DNA of 64,000 bases. Origin: an uncultured Gemmatimonadaceae bacterium (GTDB taxonomy: Bacteria > Gemmatimonadota > Gemmatimonadetes > Gemmatimonadales > Gemmatimonadaceae). The DNA lies in assembly GCA_963761305.1 (NCBI GenBank), contig CAVXGK010000001.1, positions 1 to 64,000 on the forward strand, read 5' to 3'. The notes under the pieces are model-generated. The model was not told where the DNA came from. It saw only the letters and a program-made list of their open reading frames with translations, and did no database searches. The position numbers and the translations under genes were made by a program. Shown piece by piece: positions 45,757 through 56,498 of this stretch. Position 1 is the first letter of the stretch, and every line of letters begins with the position of its first letter.

Positions 45757-48039
45757 ATGTCCCCCATCCGAGCAGACCTCGCCGGTGCTGCCGCTGCCGG
45801 TGATGATGATCCGACCCCCGCCACGGGCGCGCAACTCACGGCGGGGGCCCGCGGGCATCGCATCGCCGCGCCCGACGGAGCGCCGGCGGTCCTCTCGCGC
45901 GAGCTCGGGGACTTTCTGGTCGAGCTTGCGATCGCCATGCACAAGCACGCGATCTATCCCCCCGGCCACCCGCTCCTCGACGGGGCCGTCGACGCCGTCG
46001 AGGGCGCCCTGCTCGGCCTGCTCGCCGAATACGCGGTGTTGTCGATCGGCGTCGCGCGCCGGCAACTCGTGATCGAGGGCGTCGCCACCGACCCGAATCA
46101 TCCGCTGCTCAACGAGCTCGCGCTCCGCTTTCATCGCCACCACGTCGGCGCGGTCAAGTTCGAACGCGGCGTGGAGCGCGCGGAGTTGGCCGACTTTGTG
46201 GTTACGCTCTCGGTCGACGCGGGGCGAAATGGCGTCGCGATCGGGCTCGACCCGGGCTCGCTGCCGACGCGATGGACGCGCATCCACGCCTTTCCGCTCA
46301 CCTACGACCGTCTCGAGTTGCTCGACAGCGAGAAGATGGACACGGTCGACGGGCAGATCGCCGCCGGGCGCGCCGCCCAGCTCTGGGTCGGTCTCGCCAC
46401 CGCGGCGCTCGCGGCCGACGCCGCGCACGGCGGCGAGATGGAAGGCGGGATGGACGGCGGGACACCGCTCGAGCCGATGGCCGTCGCCAAAGCGATCGAC
46501 GAGCACGAGCACGAACGAGCGTACGACCAGGTCATCGTCGGCTACATGCTGCAAATCGCCAACGAGCTGACCGCCGCGCAGCACTCGGCATTGGGCGCAG
46601 GGCCGGGCTCGGGCGAGGCGGTGTCCCTCGAGTCGGCGGCGCTCCAGGCGCGCATGTCCAAGATGCTCGGCGCGCTCAAGCCGGAGACGCTCGCGCGGCT
46701 GCTGCACATGGGCGGCGACGTCGCGCAACGGCGCACGTTTCTGCTCGAGGCGACCAAGGGGATGAGCGCCGCGGCCGTCGTGTTCCTCGTGCAGGCGGCC
46801 GCGACGACGGAGACGCAGACGGTGTCGCACTCGATGGTCCGTCTCCTCACCAAGCTGGCGCAGCACGCCGAGTCGGGAGGAACGGCGCGGCGCGCGATGG
46901 CGGACACCAGTCTTCGGGACACGGTCACGCGAATCCTGAACGAGTGGACGCTCGCGGATCCGAATCCCGAACACTACCGCGCCGTGCTCGAGGAGGCGTC
47001 GCGGAGCGCGGCGCCGTCGATCGGCGAGTCGGTCCCCCCCCCCGGCCTCGCGCCGGATTGCGAGCCCGAGCGCATCGTGCAGATGGCGCTGGAGATCGGC
47101 GCCGTGGGTGCGACGCTCTGGCGCGCGGTGGAGCGGCTCGAGCGCGGCGGGCGGGCGGGGCTCGTGCTCGATCTCGTGGACGACGCGCCCGATCAGAAGG
47201 CGGCGGCCGCCGTCGTCCACCACATGGCCACGCACGACGGGCTGCGCCGCCTGCTCACCGCGGACAAGATCGACTTCGCGACGGCGGAGCGGATCGTCGA
47301 GCGCGCGGGCGTGGAGGCCGTCCCGGGGATTCTGGCGGCGGCGGCGGCGGTCGCCGACGCGCGCTCGCGCGAGCACGTCTACGATCTCGTCGCGGCGCTC
47401 GGTGATGCGGCGCCGCCGCTCGTGGCCAGGCGGCTGTCCGAGCTGAATCGTCCCGGCGTCGGCGCGGCGGTACAACGCGATCTCATCGCGCTGCTTGGAC
47501 GCCTCGTGCCGAGCGGTGTCCTTCCGGACGGCGTCGATCTCCGCCGGTATCTCACCGCGCAGGACGCGCAGGTGCGGCGCGAGGCGATCAAGCTGCTGCT
47601 CAGGGCCGGCGCATCGGCACGCGACGAAGCGCTGGCCGCGTCGATCGACGACGCCGACGCGCGCATCACCTACCTTGGGCTCACGGCGGCATGCGAGCGA
47701 TGCCCGCCTCACGTCGGCACGCGCATCCGCGCGCGCCTCGACCGCGGCGATCTGGACCCGTCGCTCCGTGCACTCGGCACTCGCGCGGCCGCAACGGTGC
47801 GCACGGCGGACACGCTGGCTTGGCTCGTGTCGCGCGTGGTGAAGTCGTCGCGGCTGTTCGGACGGCTGTCGCTGCTTCCGGCGACCCCGGAGACAACCGA
47901 GGCGGTGACGGCGATCGTCGCCGGGTGGCGGAAAGATCCGGCGGCGGCGCGCGTCGTGGCGCTGGCGACGAAGAGCCGCGACCCGCAATACCGCGCCGCG
48001 GCGCGCGGGCAGGCGAACGCGGCGGCGGGCGCCGCATGA
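45757..48039 (+). CDS. Large helical protein with C-terminal HEAT-like repeats
   Basis: N-terminal IYPPGHP motif; DAQVRREAIKLL, DDADARI. Confidence 0.75.
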   Translation: MSPIRADLAGAAAAGDDDPTPATGAQLTAGARGHRIAAPDGAPAVLSRELGDFLVELAIAMHKHAIYPPGHPLLDGAVDAVEGALLGLLAEYAVLSIGVARRQLVIEGVATDPNHPLLNELALRFHRHHVGAVKFERGVERAELADFVVTLSVDAGRNGVAIGLDPGSLPTRWTRIHAFPLTYDRLELLDSEKMDTVDGQIAAGRAAQLWVGLATAALAADAAHGGEMEGGMDGGTPLEPMAVAKAIDEHEHERAYDQVIVGYMLQIANELTAAQHSALGAGPGSGEAVSLESAALQARMSKMLGALKPETLARLLHMGGDVAQRRTFLLEATKGMSAAAVVFLVQAAATTETQTVSHSMVRLLTKLAQHAESGGTARRAMADTSLRDTVTRILNEWTLADPNPEHYRAVLEEASRSAAPSIGESVPPPGLAPDCEPERIVQMALEIGAVGATLWRAVERLERGGRAGLVLDLVDDAPDQKAAAAVVHHMATHDGLRRLLTADKIDFATAERIVERAGVEAVPGILAAAAAVADARSREHVYDLVAALGDAAPPLVARRLSELNRPGVGAAVQRDLIALLGRLVPSGVLPDGVDLRRYLTAQDAQVRREAIKLLLRAGASARDEALAASIDDADARITYLGLTAACERCPPHVGTRIRARLDRGDLDPSLRALGTRAAATVRTADTLAWLVSRVVKSSRLFGRLSLLPATPETTEAVTAIVAGWRKDPAAARVVALATKSRDPQYRAAARGQANAAAGAA

Positions 48040-49202
48040 GCGATCCCGTTCGCTTCCTCACGTCGTTCGTGCAGTCGCTGGCGACGATGGCGTTGTACGC
48101 GGACAAGCATCCGGCGCGGGAGCGCGCTGTCGACCGTTCGTTCGACGTGCTCCGCGAGCTACAGCTCGTGGACTCGCGCCCGCAGTTCACCTTTCTCGGC
48201 GCGGAGACGGTCTACGGGCAGTTTTCGCTGCGCGAGATGCGCGATTGGGAGTGGGCGGCGCGCCTCGGCAACGCGGGCGTGCAGCGGCTCGAGTTCGAGC
48301 CGGAGGTCACGCGCGACGAGTACGAGGAGTTCCTGGAGGAGGTGCTGGCGCGGCTCGCGCTGACGGCGATCGACACGTCGGAGATGCGGACCACGCGGCG
48401 GACGACGATCAAGTTCGGGGCGATCGGCGTGCGGGGTGAAGCGCGCGACGAGCGGGCGCCCGTGTCGGCCGTCGACGCGCTGGCGTCGCTCGTCACTCTG
48501 CACGAGGAGGCGGCGGCGATCGAGTGGATGCACGAGGAGGTCGGCGAGCGCGGAAGGCTGCCGCTCGCCGAGGCCGAGACGGTGGTGCGATCGCTGTCGC
48601 TGGCGATGCACACCGAGAGCGAAATGCTGCTGCCGCTGCTCGAGATGCGGCAGTTCGACGAGTACACGACGACGCACTCGCTCAACGTGGCGGTGCTGAC
48701 GATGGCGCTCGCCGAGTCGCTGGAGCTGTCGGCGCGCGAGGTGCGCGCCTTCGGCGTGGCCGGCCTGCTGCACGACCTCGGCAAGGTCCGTGTGCCATTG
48801 GAGATATTGAACAAGCCCGGCAAGCTCACCGACGAGGAGCGCGCCGTGATGCAGAGCCACACGGTGGACGGCGCGCGCATCATCATCACCAGCGACCACG
48901 CGCTGGATCTGGCCGCGGCGGTGGCGTACGAGCACCACATTATGCTCGACGGCTCCGGGTACCCGCGCTGCCACTATCACCGCGACTGCCACAAGGGGAG
49001 CACGCTAGTCCACGTGTGCGACGTGTACGACGCGTTGCGCACCAACCGTCCCTACCGGGACGCGTGGGAGGCCGACCGGGTGCTGGATTTCGTCGAGAAG
49101 CGCGCCGGCGTCGATTTCGAGCCCGCGATCGCCGCCACGTTCGTGCGGATGATGCGTCGGCTGGAGCACCGGGTGCAGCGGGGGCCACGGGTCTCGGGAT
49201 GA
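48036..49202 (+). CDS. HD-GYP domain protein (putative c-di-GMP phosphodiesterase)
   Basis: YTTTHSLNV, LLHDLGK, ILNKPGKLT, HTVDG, EHH...GSGYP, DVYDALRTNRPYR. Confidence 0.9.
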   Translation: MSDPVRFLTSFVQSLATMALYADKHPARERAVDRSFDVLRELQLVDSRPQFTFLGAETVYGQFSLREMRDWEWAARLGNAGVQRLEFEPEVTRDEYEEFLEEVLARLALTAIDTSEMRTTRRTTIKFGAIGVRGEARDERAPVSAVDALASLVTLHEEAAAIEWMHEEVGERGRLPLAEAETVVRSLSLAMHTESEMLLPLLEMRQFDEYTTTHSLNVAVLTMALAESLELSAREVRAFGVAGLLHDLGKVRVPLEILNKPGKLTDEERAVMQSHTVDGARIIITSDHALDLAAAVAYEHHIMLDGSGYPRCHYHRDCHKGSTLVHVCDVYDALRTNRPYRDAWEADRVLDFVEKRAGVDFEPAIAATFVRMMRRLEHRVQRGPRVSG

Positions 49203-49238
49203 GAGATGACGACCGGGGAACGCCACCAGCGGCCAACT

Positions 49239-50651
49239 CTACGGCACGCGTGGTCCTTCGATCGTGGCCCCACCCTGCAACAGCGTCACCTTCGTTGCTT
49301 TGCCGGCGTCGATCGTGAACGTGAAGCGGAGCGCCGGGTCGAACGCGACACCAAACGCGTGGTTGCCAAGGTAATGCATTTCGTTCGCGGCCTGGCCCTG
49401 GGCCTGCGCCATGAGACGCGTGCCGTCGACGAAGAACTTGATGGGCAACGGCTCCCCGCTCGGCAGTTGCAACGTGTACGTGCCGACGATCGCGTCGCGA
49501 TCGGACGGTGAGAGCGCCGGCGCAGTCTGTCTGGCCGGAACAGCTCGCGCGGCAACGAGCGAGTCTCCGTAGGCGACGCGAAGGAGGTTCTGCACGAGCC
49601 GCTGGGGCGACTCGCGATCGAAGTTCGTAAACACCACGACGCTCAGGCTATCGTCGGCCACGTACGCCGCCGCCGTCGCGAACCCCGGAATGCCGCCGGT
49701 ATGGGACACCGTCTTGTGACCATCGAGCACCCCCGGCACCAGTCCAAAGCCGTAGTTGATCTTGCGGCCATTGTTCAGCGTATCGGCGGTCGACATCAGC
49801 GCATACGACGCGGGCGACACCACCTTTCCACTGGCCAGCGCGCGCTGCCATTTCGCAAAGTCGCCGACCGTGGAGCACAACGCGCCGGCGGCGAAGGGGT
49901 GTGAGAGATCCATGAACTGCGCGCGCCCGGCCGCCCCGGTAGTGTCCTTGCTGTATCCCAGTGCGAACGCAGGATCCGATGTCCTCGACGGGCAGTACGA
50001 CGTCCGTCGCAGTCCGAGCGGCTTGAAGAACTGCGCGTCGAGATAACTCGCGTATTTCTGACCGGTCGCCTTCTCGATCACCATGCCGAGCAGGACGTAG
50101 CCCGTATTGTCATATCGGTAAGCGGTGCCGGGCGCGAAGTCGAACGTGTCGGCCGCAACGAACTTGATGATCGCGTCGGGCGACAGCGGGTCATTCCAGG
50201 TTTTCTGCCAAGCCGGCGACGACGTGTAGTCGTGAATCCCGGACGTGTGCGTCAGCAGCTGGCGAATCGAGACCCGCTTTCCGTGCAGCGGGAACTGCGG
50301 GACGAACTTCGAGAGATCGTCATCCAGCCTCACGCGCCCCTGCTCCACGAGCTTCATGATCGCGGCGGACGTGAACTGCTTGGTGTTGGAGCCGATCTCG
50401 TAGATCGTCGCGGCGGTCGGCGCGCGCGCCGCCTCCACGTTGGCGAGACCATACGCGCCATAGGCCAGCGTATCGCTCCCGCGAATCACCGCGAACGATG
50501 CGCCAGGCGCGTGAGACTCCGCGAGATACGTGAGCACGAGGGAATCAGCGCGCGGGCGAAATGCATCGCGCGTGATGGTCGACCGTTGGGCGCCGGCAGA
50601 CGAGACGCCGGCGAGCATCGCGATGCCGGCGAAGCGGACGGAACGCAGCAT
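49239..50651 (-). CDS. Serine hydrolase (class C beta-lactamase-related)
   Basis: IGSNTKQFT (SxxK), LLTHTSGI, YDN, HTGG. Confidence 0.9.
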   Translation of the reverse strand: MLRSVRFAGIAMLAGVSSAGAQRSTITRDAFRPRADSLVLTYLAESHAPGASFAVIRGSDTLAYGAYGLANVEAARAPTAATIYEIGSNTKQFTSAAIMKLVEQGRVRLDDDLSKFVPQFPLHGKRVSIRQLLTHTSGIHDYTSSPAWQKTWNDPLSPDAIIKFVAADTFDFAPGTAYRYDNTGYVLLGMVIEKATGQKYASYLDAQFFKPLGLRRTSYCPSRTSDPAFALGYSKDTTGAAGRAQFMDLSHPFAAGALCSTVGDFAKWQRALASGKVVSPASYALMSTADTLNNGRKINYGFGLVPGVLDGHKTVSHTGGIPGFATAAAYVADDSLSVVVFTNFDRESPQRLVQNLLRVAYGDSLVAARAVPARQTAPALSPSDRDAIVGTYTLQLPSGEPLPIKFFVDGTRLMAQAQGQAANEMHYLGNHAFGVAFDPALRFTFTIDAGKATKVTLLQGGATIEGPRVP

Positions 50652-50826
50652 GTGAAAGCTCCGGGGGATGGGACCGAAAATACGCCGGCGGCGCGGCGAG
50701 CGCGAATGAAACGAGCCGGCGGAACGGCATTTGGTATACCAAACTTGTATTCTGCGGTGCCCGGACGCTACTATGTCGCTGTACATCCCCCGGCCAGTGT
50801 CATCCCATTCGTGAGCTCACCCGTCA

Positions 50827-52971
50827 ATGCCTGACCGCACCATGCCTCGGACTCGAGATCGCGTCGGCGCCGCTGTGGCGACGACCGCGTTGTGGATTGC
50901 CGCGGCGTTGTTCGCCGAGACCGCACGCGCACAGACGCCATCATTCACACTCGAGTCGGCGCTCAGCGCGCCGTTCCCCAGCGGACTGATCGCGGCCCCG
51001 GCCGGCGGTAGAGTCGCGTGGATCTTCGATGCTGAGGGCAGCCGCAACATCTGGGTTGGAGAACCCGGCGCCAATGGATCATTCGCGTCGAGACAACTGA
51101 CCAGATTCACCGGCGACGTCGGCGTGGAGATCGGGACCCTCGCCTGGACGTTCGACGGCGGGGCGCTCGTGTTCGAGCGCGGCGGCGAGGCGAATCCACG
51201 CGATCTCCCGCTCGGATCCGCGCCCGGCCAGCTCTGGACGATCTCCCTCGGCGACACGATGCCGCGGTTGATCGGCGACGGCAGCTCGCCGGCGACGGCG
51301 CCAAAGACCAATACGGTCGCCTACATCGCCCGCAATTCGATAGTGCTTGCGCAGTTGGACGGCAGCGAGAAACCGCAGACCGTCGTTCGAGATCTGGGAA
51401 GAGACGGGGCGCTCGCCTGGGCACCCGACGGCTCGCGGATCGCATTCGTGAGCGGCCGCGGCGATCACAGTCTCATCGGCGTCTACGACCTCGCACACAA
51501 ATCGATCACCTGGCTGGCGCCGAGTGTCGATCGGGATGCCAGTCCCGTCTGGTCGCCCGACGGTGCGAGGATCGCGTTCGTCCGCATTCCCCCCGGTGCC
51601 CCCGGTCCATTCTCGTCGACGCGGACCGCCGAGCCGTGGTCCATTTGGATCGCCGACCCCGCGACTGGAAAGGGACACCAGGTCTGGCGCGCCGATGAGG
51701 GAGCCGGCAGCCGATTCTATCCGCTCGAAGGAAACTCGGCATTCGCTTGGGGCGCCGACGACAGAATCGTTTTCCCGTGGGAGAAAAGCGGTTGGGTGCA
51801 CCTCTACAGCGTCGCGTCCGCGGGCGGTACGCCGACGCTGCTCACTCCCGGCGACTTCGAGATCTTCAGCGCCGATTTGAGTCCGGACCGCCGCCGTATC
51901 GTGTATTCATCCAACCAGGACGATTTGGACCACCGGCACATCTGGCAAGTGGCGGTTGCCGGCGGAACGCCAACGCCAGCGACGACGGGACCAACGATCG
52001 CGGACCTTCCCGTGTTCACGAGCGACGGCCACTCCGTTGTGTTTCTCAGCGCGGACGCGAGGAATCCGATGCGACCGGCCATCATCTCGCAATCCGGCGA
52101 TCGATTCGGCGCCGCACGCGACGTCGCCCCGCAAACGGTGGCGGAAGAGTATCCTGGCGCGCAGTTCGTGGTCCCGCAGGCGGTGATTTTCCGCTCGCCC
52201 GACGGCGTGATGGTCCACGGGCAACTCTTTCTCCCGCCGCCGACTGGTAAAGCGAGTGAACCACGCGAGGCGCGTAGCACCCGTCACCCCGCCCTGCTCT
52301 TCTTCCACGGCGGCCCGTATCGCCAGATGCTTCTCGGCTCGAATCCGATGGGCGCGTACGCGTACATGTACGCGATGAATCAATATTTCGCGAGCCGCGG
52401 ATACGTCGTCCTGTCGGTCAACTATCGAGGCGGCACGGGGTACGGCCTGAATTTTCGCGTGCCGCCGAAGTTCGGTCCCTCGGGGGCGAGCGAGTTCAAT
52501 GACATCATGGGTGCCGCGAATTTTCTGAAGGCCAGGACAGACGTCGACTCGAAACGACTCGGTGTCTGGGGCGGGAGTTATGGCGGCTACATGACCGCGC
52601 TGGCGCTCGCCCGCGCGTCCGACACCTTCGCCGCCGGGGTGGACTACGCGGGCGTGCACGATTGGAGCGGCGTGCTGAAGGTCTATGCGGCCGCCGGAGC
52701 GCAATCCGCGACGGACAGCCTGGCACGGGCGTCGTCGCCGCTGTCGTCGATCAAGCGTTGGCGTTCACCGGTGCTCGTGATTCAGGCCGACGACGATCAC
52801 AACGTGCCGTTCAATCAGACAGTGCAGCTGATGACGGCCCTGCGCGAGCAGAAGGTGCCGCACGAACTGATCGTCGTTCCGAACGAGATTCACGATCTGT
52901 TGCTGCATCGATCGTGGCTCACGTACTTCCATGCGCAATCGGACTTCTTCGATAAGTACTTCCTTCGCTGA
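50827..52971 (+). CDS. S9 family peptidase (prolyl oligopeptidase/DPP-like)
   Basis: WSPDG propeller repeats, FFHGGP, NYRGGTGYG, WGGSYGGY, DDHNV, NEIH. Confidence 0.92.
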   Translation: MPDRTMPRTRDRVGAAVATTALWIAAALFAETARAQTPSFTLESALSAPFPSGLIAAPAGGRVAWIFDAEGSRNIWVGEPGANGSFASRQLTRFTGDVGVEIGTLAWTFDGGALVFERGGEANPRDLPLGSAPGQLWTISLGDTMPRLIGDGSSPATAPKTNTVAYIARNSIVLAQLDGSEKPQTVVRDLGRDGALAWAPDGSRIAFVSGRGDHSLIGVYDLAHKSITWLAPSVDRDASPVWSPDGARIAFVRIPPGAPGPFSSTRTAEPWSIWIADPATGKGHQVWRADEGAGSRFYPLEGNSAFAWGADDRIVFPWEKSGWVHLYSVASAGGTPTLLTPGDFEIFSADLSPDRRRIVYSSNQDDLDHRHIWQVAVAGGTPTPATTGPTIADLPVFTSDGHSVVFLSADARNPMRPAIISQSGDRFGAARDVAPQTVAEEYPGAQFVVPQAVIFRSPDGVMVHGQLFLPPPTGKASEPREARSTRHPALLFFHGGPYRQMLLGSNPMGAYAYMYAMNQYFASRGYVVLSVNYRGGTGYGLNFRVPPKFGPSGASEFNDIMGAANFLKARTDVDSKRLGVWGGSYGGYMTALALARASDTFAAGVDYAGVHDWSGVLKVYAAAGAQSATDSLARASSPLSSIKRWRSPVLVIQADDDHNVPFNQTVQLMTALREQKVPHELIVVPNEIHDLLLHRSWLTYFHAQSDFFDKYFLR

Positions 52972-53142
52972 CCGGTTGGCGGGGGCCGACGGAGTGAGCG
53001 ATGCGGGGCGCGTTGCTGAAGCGCGCCAAGCGTCGCGCAGCCGGTGCGTGACCCGGCAACGGACGCCCATCTGGGCGCCAGCAGAAAAAACGAAGCCCCG
53101 CCGAGCGAGGTAGCGCAAAGCAGGGCAACGATATATGAGGGG

Positions 53143-53186
53143 TGGGCCTGGGAGGAGTTGAACCTCCGACCTCACGCTTATCAGGC
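53143..53186 (-). repeat. Exact copy of the 3' 44 nt of tRNA-Ile (outermost att site)
   Basis: TGGGCCTGGGAGGAGTTGAACCTCCGACCTCACGCTTATCAGGC, identical to 60574-60617. Confidence 0.95.
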
Positions 53187-53521
53187 CCAAAACGGCGGTT
53201 CAGAAGTCCGGCACCATGACGGTTTTCAGAGAGACAGAGGCCCGATCCGCCGACTTTCGTCCCGTTTGAATGCCGGACTTTTGACATGCAACGGGCACAC
53301 GAAACGGGCACAAGGCATTCCCCGCCGGGCTCGTTGCTTTGCTAGCCTCCTCGTAGCTGGCTGGGCACTGACTCGAAGACTATTGATCGTCCTGAGAAGC
53401 GCCGAATTGATGCACGATTTTGGCAAACGAATGGGTCGGACCAAAACGCATGCAGACGCCTTGAATGCCAGAAAGCGCTGAGGGCTTGATGGCCCCCAGC
53501 GCTTTCTGTTCGAGCAACCGC

Positions 53522-55369
53522 CTACACGCGACCAGGCTTCTTGTCAGGCGGGCGAGACGGCTTCGCGGAGCGATCCGCCGGCGGTGCCGGATGCGCCGGC
53601 ACCTCGGCATCGCGCGGCGGACCCGCCGGGCGACCGGCGCGAATCGCTTGCCGCTGCTGCGGCTCGAGCGGACGGCCCGGATGCGCTTCCATCGCGCGTC
53701 CCCGCACATCCGCCGACGGCGGCGGTTGCGGCGGCGGATTGCGCGTGATGATCGGGCGCTGGTTTGCGGAGCGCCCCGGCGCCGCCGCGTCCTCGCGCGG
53801 GAGTGTCGGCAGTTGGCGATTCGACGGCGCCGGCCCCGCGGGAACAGGCGGCGGGGCGTGCTTCGTAATGAGCGGCGCGCCGCCGGCCACCATCATCGGC
53901 CGCGTGACCGTCGGGGGACGCTGGTCGGGAACACCACCCGCCAACAGGCTGCGCGAGGGATTCACGGCCGGATGCGGTTCTACGTGCGCCGCCGCGATGT
54001 CGTCGGGACGCAAGCGCACCACGTCGCGCGACACCGGATCACCGTTCCGCAACGTCTCCTCGTGCACCGCAGTGATCGCCGCCTCACGGTTTCTCCATCT
54101 CACCTGATCGACGTCGACGCCGCGCGTCGACCGATCGATCTCGGCGACCGTCCGGAAGCCGGTCACGTTCACGTCGTGCAAGTACCGATCGCTGTGATGG
54201 TACCATGGGAAGAACGGCTCTCGCGGACCAAGCGGAAACCACGCCTGCATCGGCGGCTCGTTGCGGACACGGAACCCAGCACCGCCGACGAACACGACCA
54301 ACGCCGGCGCATAGACCGGACGTTCGACGACCACGCCAGGGACCCAGCCCCAGCCGCGATCGAACCGCGCCCAACGCCCATAGTGGAACGGCGCGAACCC
54401 CCACGGGGCATCGTCGACCCAACTCCACCCCCACGGCTCGACCCACGCCCAATGGCCCTCGCGGTACGGCACCCAATCGACCGCGATCGCCGACGGATAC
54501 CACACGGGACCGACCGTCGGGTCTGAATACCAACTTCCATATTGGTTGAGATCTTCCCAGCCCGGCATGTCCTGGTTCACGTACTGCGCTCCTGGCGCCG
54601 CACTAGTGTACCGCTGGTCACGAGCCATCGACCATCGCTCGAACTCGTCGGTGGCGCCTGATGAGAGCTCCGTCAATTGTATCGGATTCGCGCCGCTGAG
54701 CTGAACCGTCTGGCCGCGACGGAGCGTTTGCGTGAGTCCAGGGCCGGACACCTCGAGCGAGCCGTTCTCGACGGTCACAGTCGTGATATCAGAATTGGCA
54801 TCGACCCACACTCGGTACGAGCCCGCGGTCAAGGGCAATAGCGCGCCGTTCGGTGTGTCGAGCTCGATGGAGTCGGACGGAATCCACCGATAGATGCTCG
54901 CGCGAAGCGTTCCGTGCGCCAGCCCAAACTGCGCGAAGTGATCGGTGAGGTTCGTCACTGTGACGTCGGATTGGTCGCCCACGCGAACCGCCGACGCGCC
55001 CATGTCCAACTCGACGCGCGAGCCTTGGGGCGCGTAGAGGCGATCGCCGGTCGTCAGCGTGTAGTTGACCGCCGGCTTGCTCCAGCTATCGGATCCCGCC
55101 GACTGAAACGACACCGCGCCGACCAGCGCACTGAGACGCGCCACGCGCGCCGGTGGGTCGTCGCTGCCGGCCGATCCTTGCGCGCGTGCCGCAAGTGGGA
55201 CAAACAGAACGACGGCCGACGCGAGACCGGCTACTACGCGACGATGACAGGCTGTTCGTACAGATCTTTGCACGAGAGTATCCTCCCCGTTCCCGACGAC
55301 CGCAGTCGCGTGTTTCGCGACCGGCGCCGCGGATGATTGCTGAGGTTGATTGGGCAAGCCGTGCGCCAT
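53522..55369 (-). CDS. FecR-like / DUF6600 secreted protein with a Pro-rich tail (start uncertain)
   Basis: DPPARVARLS, LTTGDRL, DLNQYGSW, WVPYREGHWAWVEPWGWSWVDDAPWGFAPFHYGRW, WFPLGPRE. Confidence 0.85.
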   Translation of the reverse strand: MAHGLPNQPQQSSAAPVAKHATAVVGNGEDTLVQRSVRTACHRRVVAGLASAVVLFVPLAARAQGSAGSDDPPARVARLSALVGAVSFQSAGSDSWSKPAVNYTLTTGDRLYAPQGSRVELDMGASAVRVGDQSDVTVTNLTDHFAQFGLAHGTLRASIYRWIPSDSIELDTPNGALLPLTAGSYRVWVDANSDITTVTVENGSLEVSGPGLTQTLRRGQTVQLSGANPIQLTELSSGATDEFERWSMARDQRYTSAAPGAQYVNQDMPGWEDLNQYGSWYSDPTVGPVWYPSAIAVDWVPYREGHWAWVEPWGWSWVDDAPWGFAPFHYGRWARFDRGWGWVPGVVVERPVYAPALVVFVGGAGFRVRNEPPMQAWFPLGPREPFFPWYHHSDRYLHDVNVTGFRTVAEIDRSTRGVDVDQVRWRNREAAITAVHEETLRNGDPVSRDVVRLRPDDIAAAHVEPHPAVNPSRSLLAGGVPDQRPPTVTRPMMVAGGAPLITKHAPPPVPAGPAPSNRQLPTLPREDAAAPGRSANQRPIITRNPPPQPPPSADVRGRAMEAHPGRPLEPQQRQAIRAGRPAGPPRDAEVPAHPAPPADRSAKPSRPPDKKPGRV

Positions 55370-55712
55370 CGGGGACTCGTCGACGAAGGCGTTTTCGGCC
55401 CACGGAGCCCGCGTACGCGCTCGCGCGACAACGTTCCACTCGACTGGAACGATTTGGTGTCCTCCGATGGGAGCAGCGCTGTCCACGTTCGATGGCAGGG
55501 ATTGTCTCCGGGTATTCGTGCGGACCGACACAATTGCCGCAGCGCGGTCGAACGACCGCTGTCCGTCCATTGCAATTGACTTCTCACGACGCCGAACGTT
55601 GCTCGCGCGTCTTTGTGCCCAACGCGAAAGACGGGCAGGCACACCGCGAGCGGTGCGCAAAAAGAAATCGCTCCCTGAACGCGGGAGCTAAGACGAGGGT
55701 TTGGAGTTGCGA

Positions 55713-55775
55713 GTGGCCTGGTGAGAGTTCAACTACCGACCTCACGCTTTCAGCCCAAAACGGCGTTTCAGAAGT
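55713..55775 (-). repeat. Degenerate tRNA-Ile 3' fragment plus flank; direct repeat of 53142-53207
   Basis: GTGGCCTGGTGAGAGTTCAACTACCGACCTCACGCTTTCAGCCCAAAACGGCGTTTCAGAAGT. Confidence 0.85.
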
Positions 55776-56127
55776 TTTGTGGCGCGCGTCGGCTCGAGAG
55801 ATTCGTGGCAGAAGAGAGGGCATCAACGAGCGTGTCATCGATACGAATTAGGCCGATCCTGGCGCTCGCGTCGCTCTTCGCCGCCATCGGCGTATAGGTG
55901 TCTGGGGCGAGATACGAAGATGATATCAACCAATGCGACAGGAGCACGCCCTCAGGCTCATCGGAGACCGACCTGGGCACGTATCACCAGCCAGACCAGA
56001 ACGAACCGCGTGCGGCGCGGGGCGACCTTCAGGACCCGCTAACGGATGAACGGGGAACCCTGAACAGGAAGTGGCGCAAGAACAAAACGCCGCGAGTGCA
56101 AGTCGCGGCGGGAATGATTCTTAAGAA

Positions 56128-56297
56128 TGGGCCTGGGAGGAGTTGAACCTCCGACCTCACGCTTATCAGCTGTGCAAACCACAGCCCAAAGTCCGGCAAG
56201 CGGCCGGTTAACCCTGCAGAAGCCACTACTAACGTACCACAAACCGGCCGCAAACAGCCGGACTTTTGGACGAACGGGTACCGCAACGGGTACCTGC
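56128..56297 (-). repeat. Exact 42-nt tRNA-Ile 3' fragment plus a ~128-bp arm region repeated at 59783-59909
   Basis: 56128-56169 identical to the tRNA 3' end; followed by CTGTGCAAACCACAGC...AACGGGTACC. Confidence 0.95.
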
Positions 56298-56498
56298 AGA
56301 AGATCGCCATGGCGGTCGGTCGGCAGTGATCCGGACGTGTCCTTAGGCTGCTGCGATCCGGGGGCCTTGAACTCCGTTCGTACTGTGTCCCCCGCTGTCC
56401 CGAAGCGGTGCGAGCCTGGTCCGGCTACGAAAACGCTGGCTTGACAAGATCGCCCAACGGATAGACTGTCTTACTATCGACAGGGAGACAGCCTATCC

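Noticed and set aside
45706..47988. 760-aa minus strand ORF (likewise 40023-41930 +)
   Set aside because: Antisense shadows of the HEAT protein and the ADOP permease
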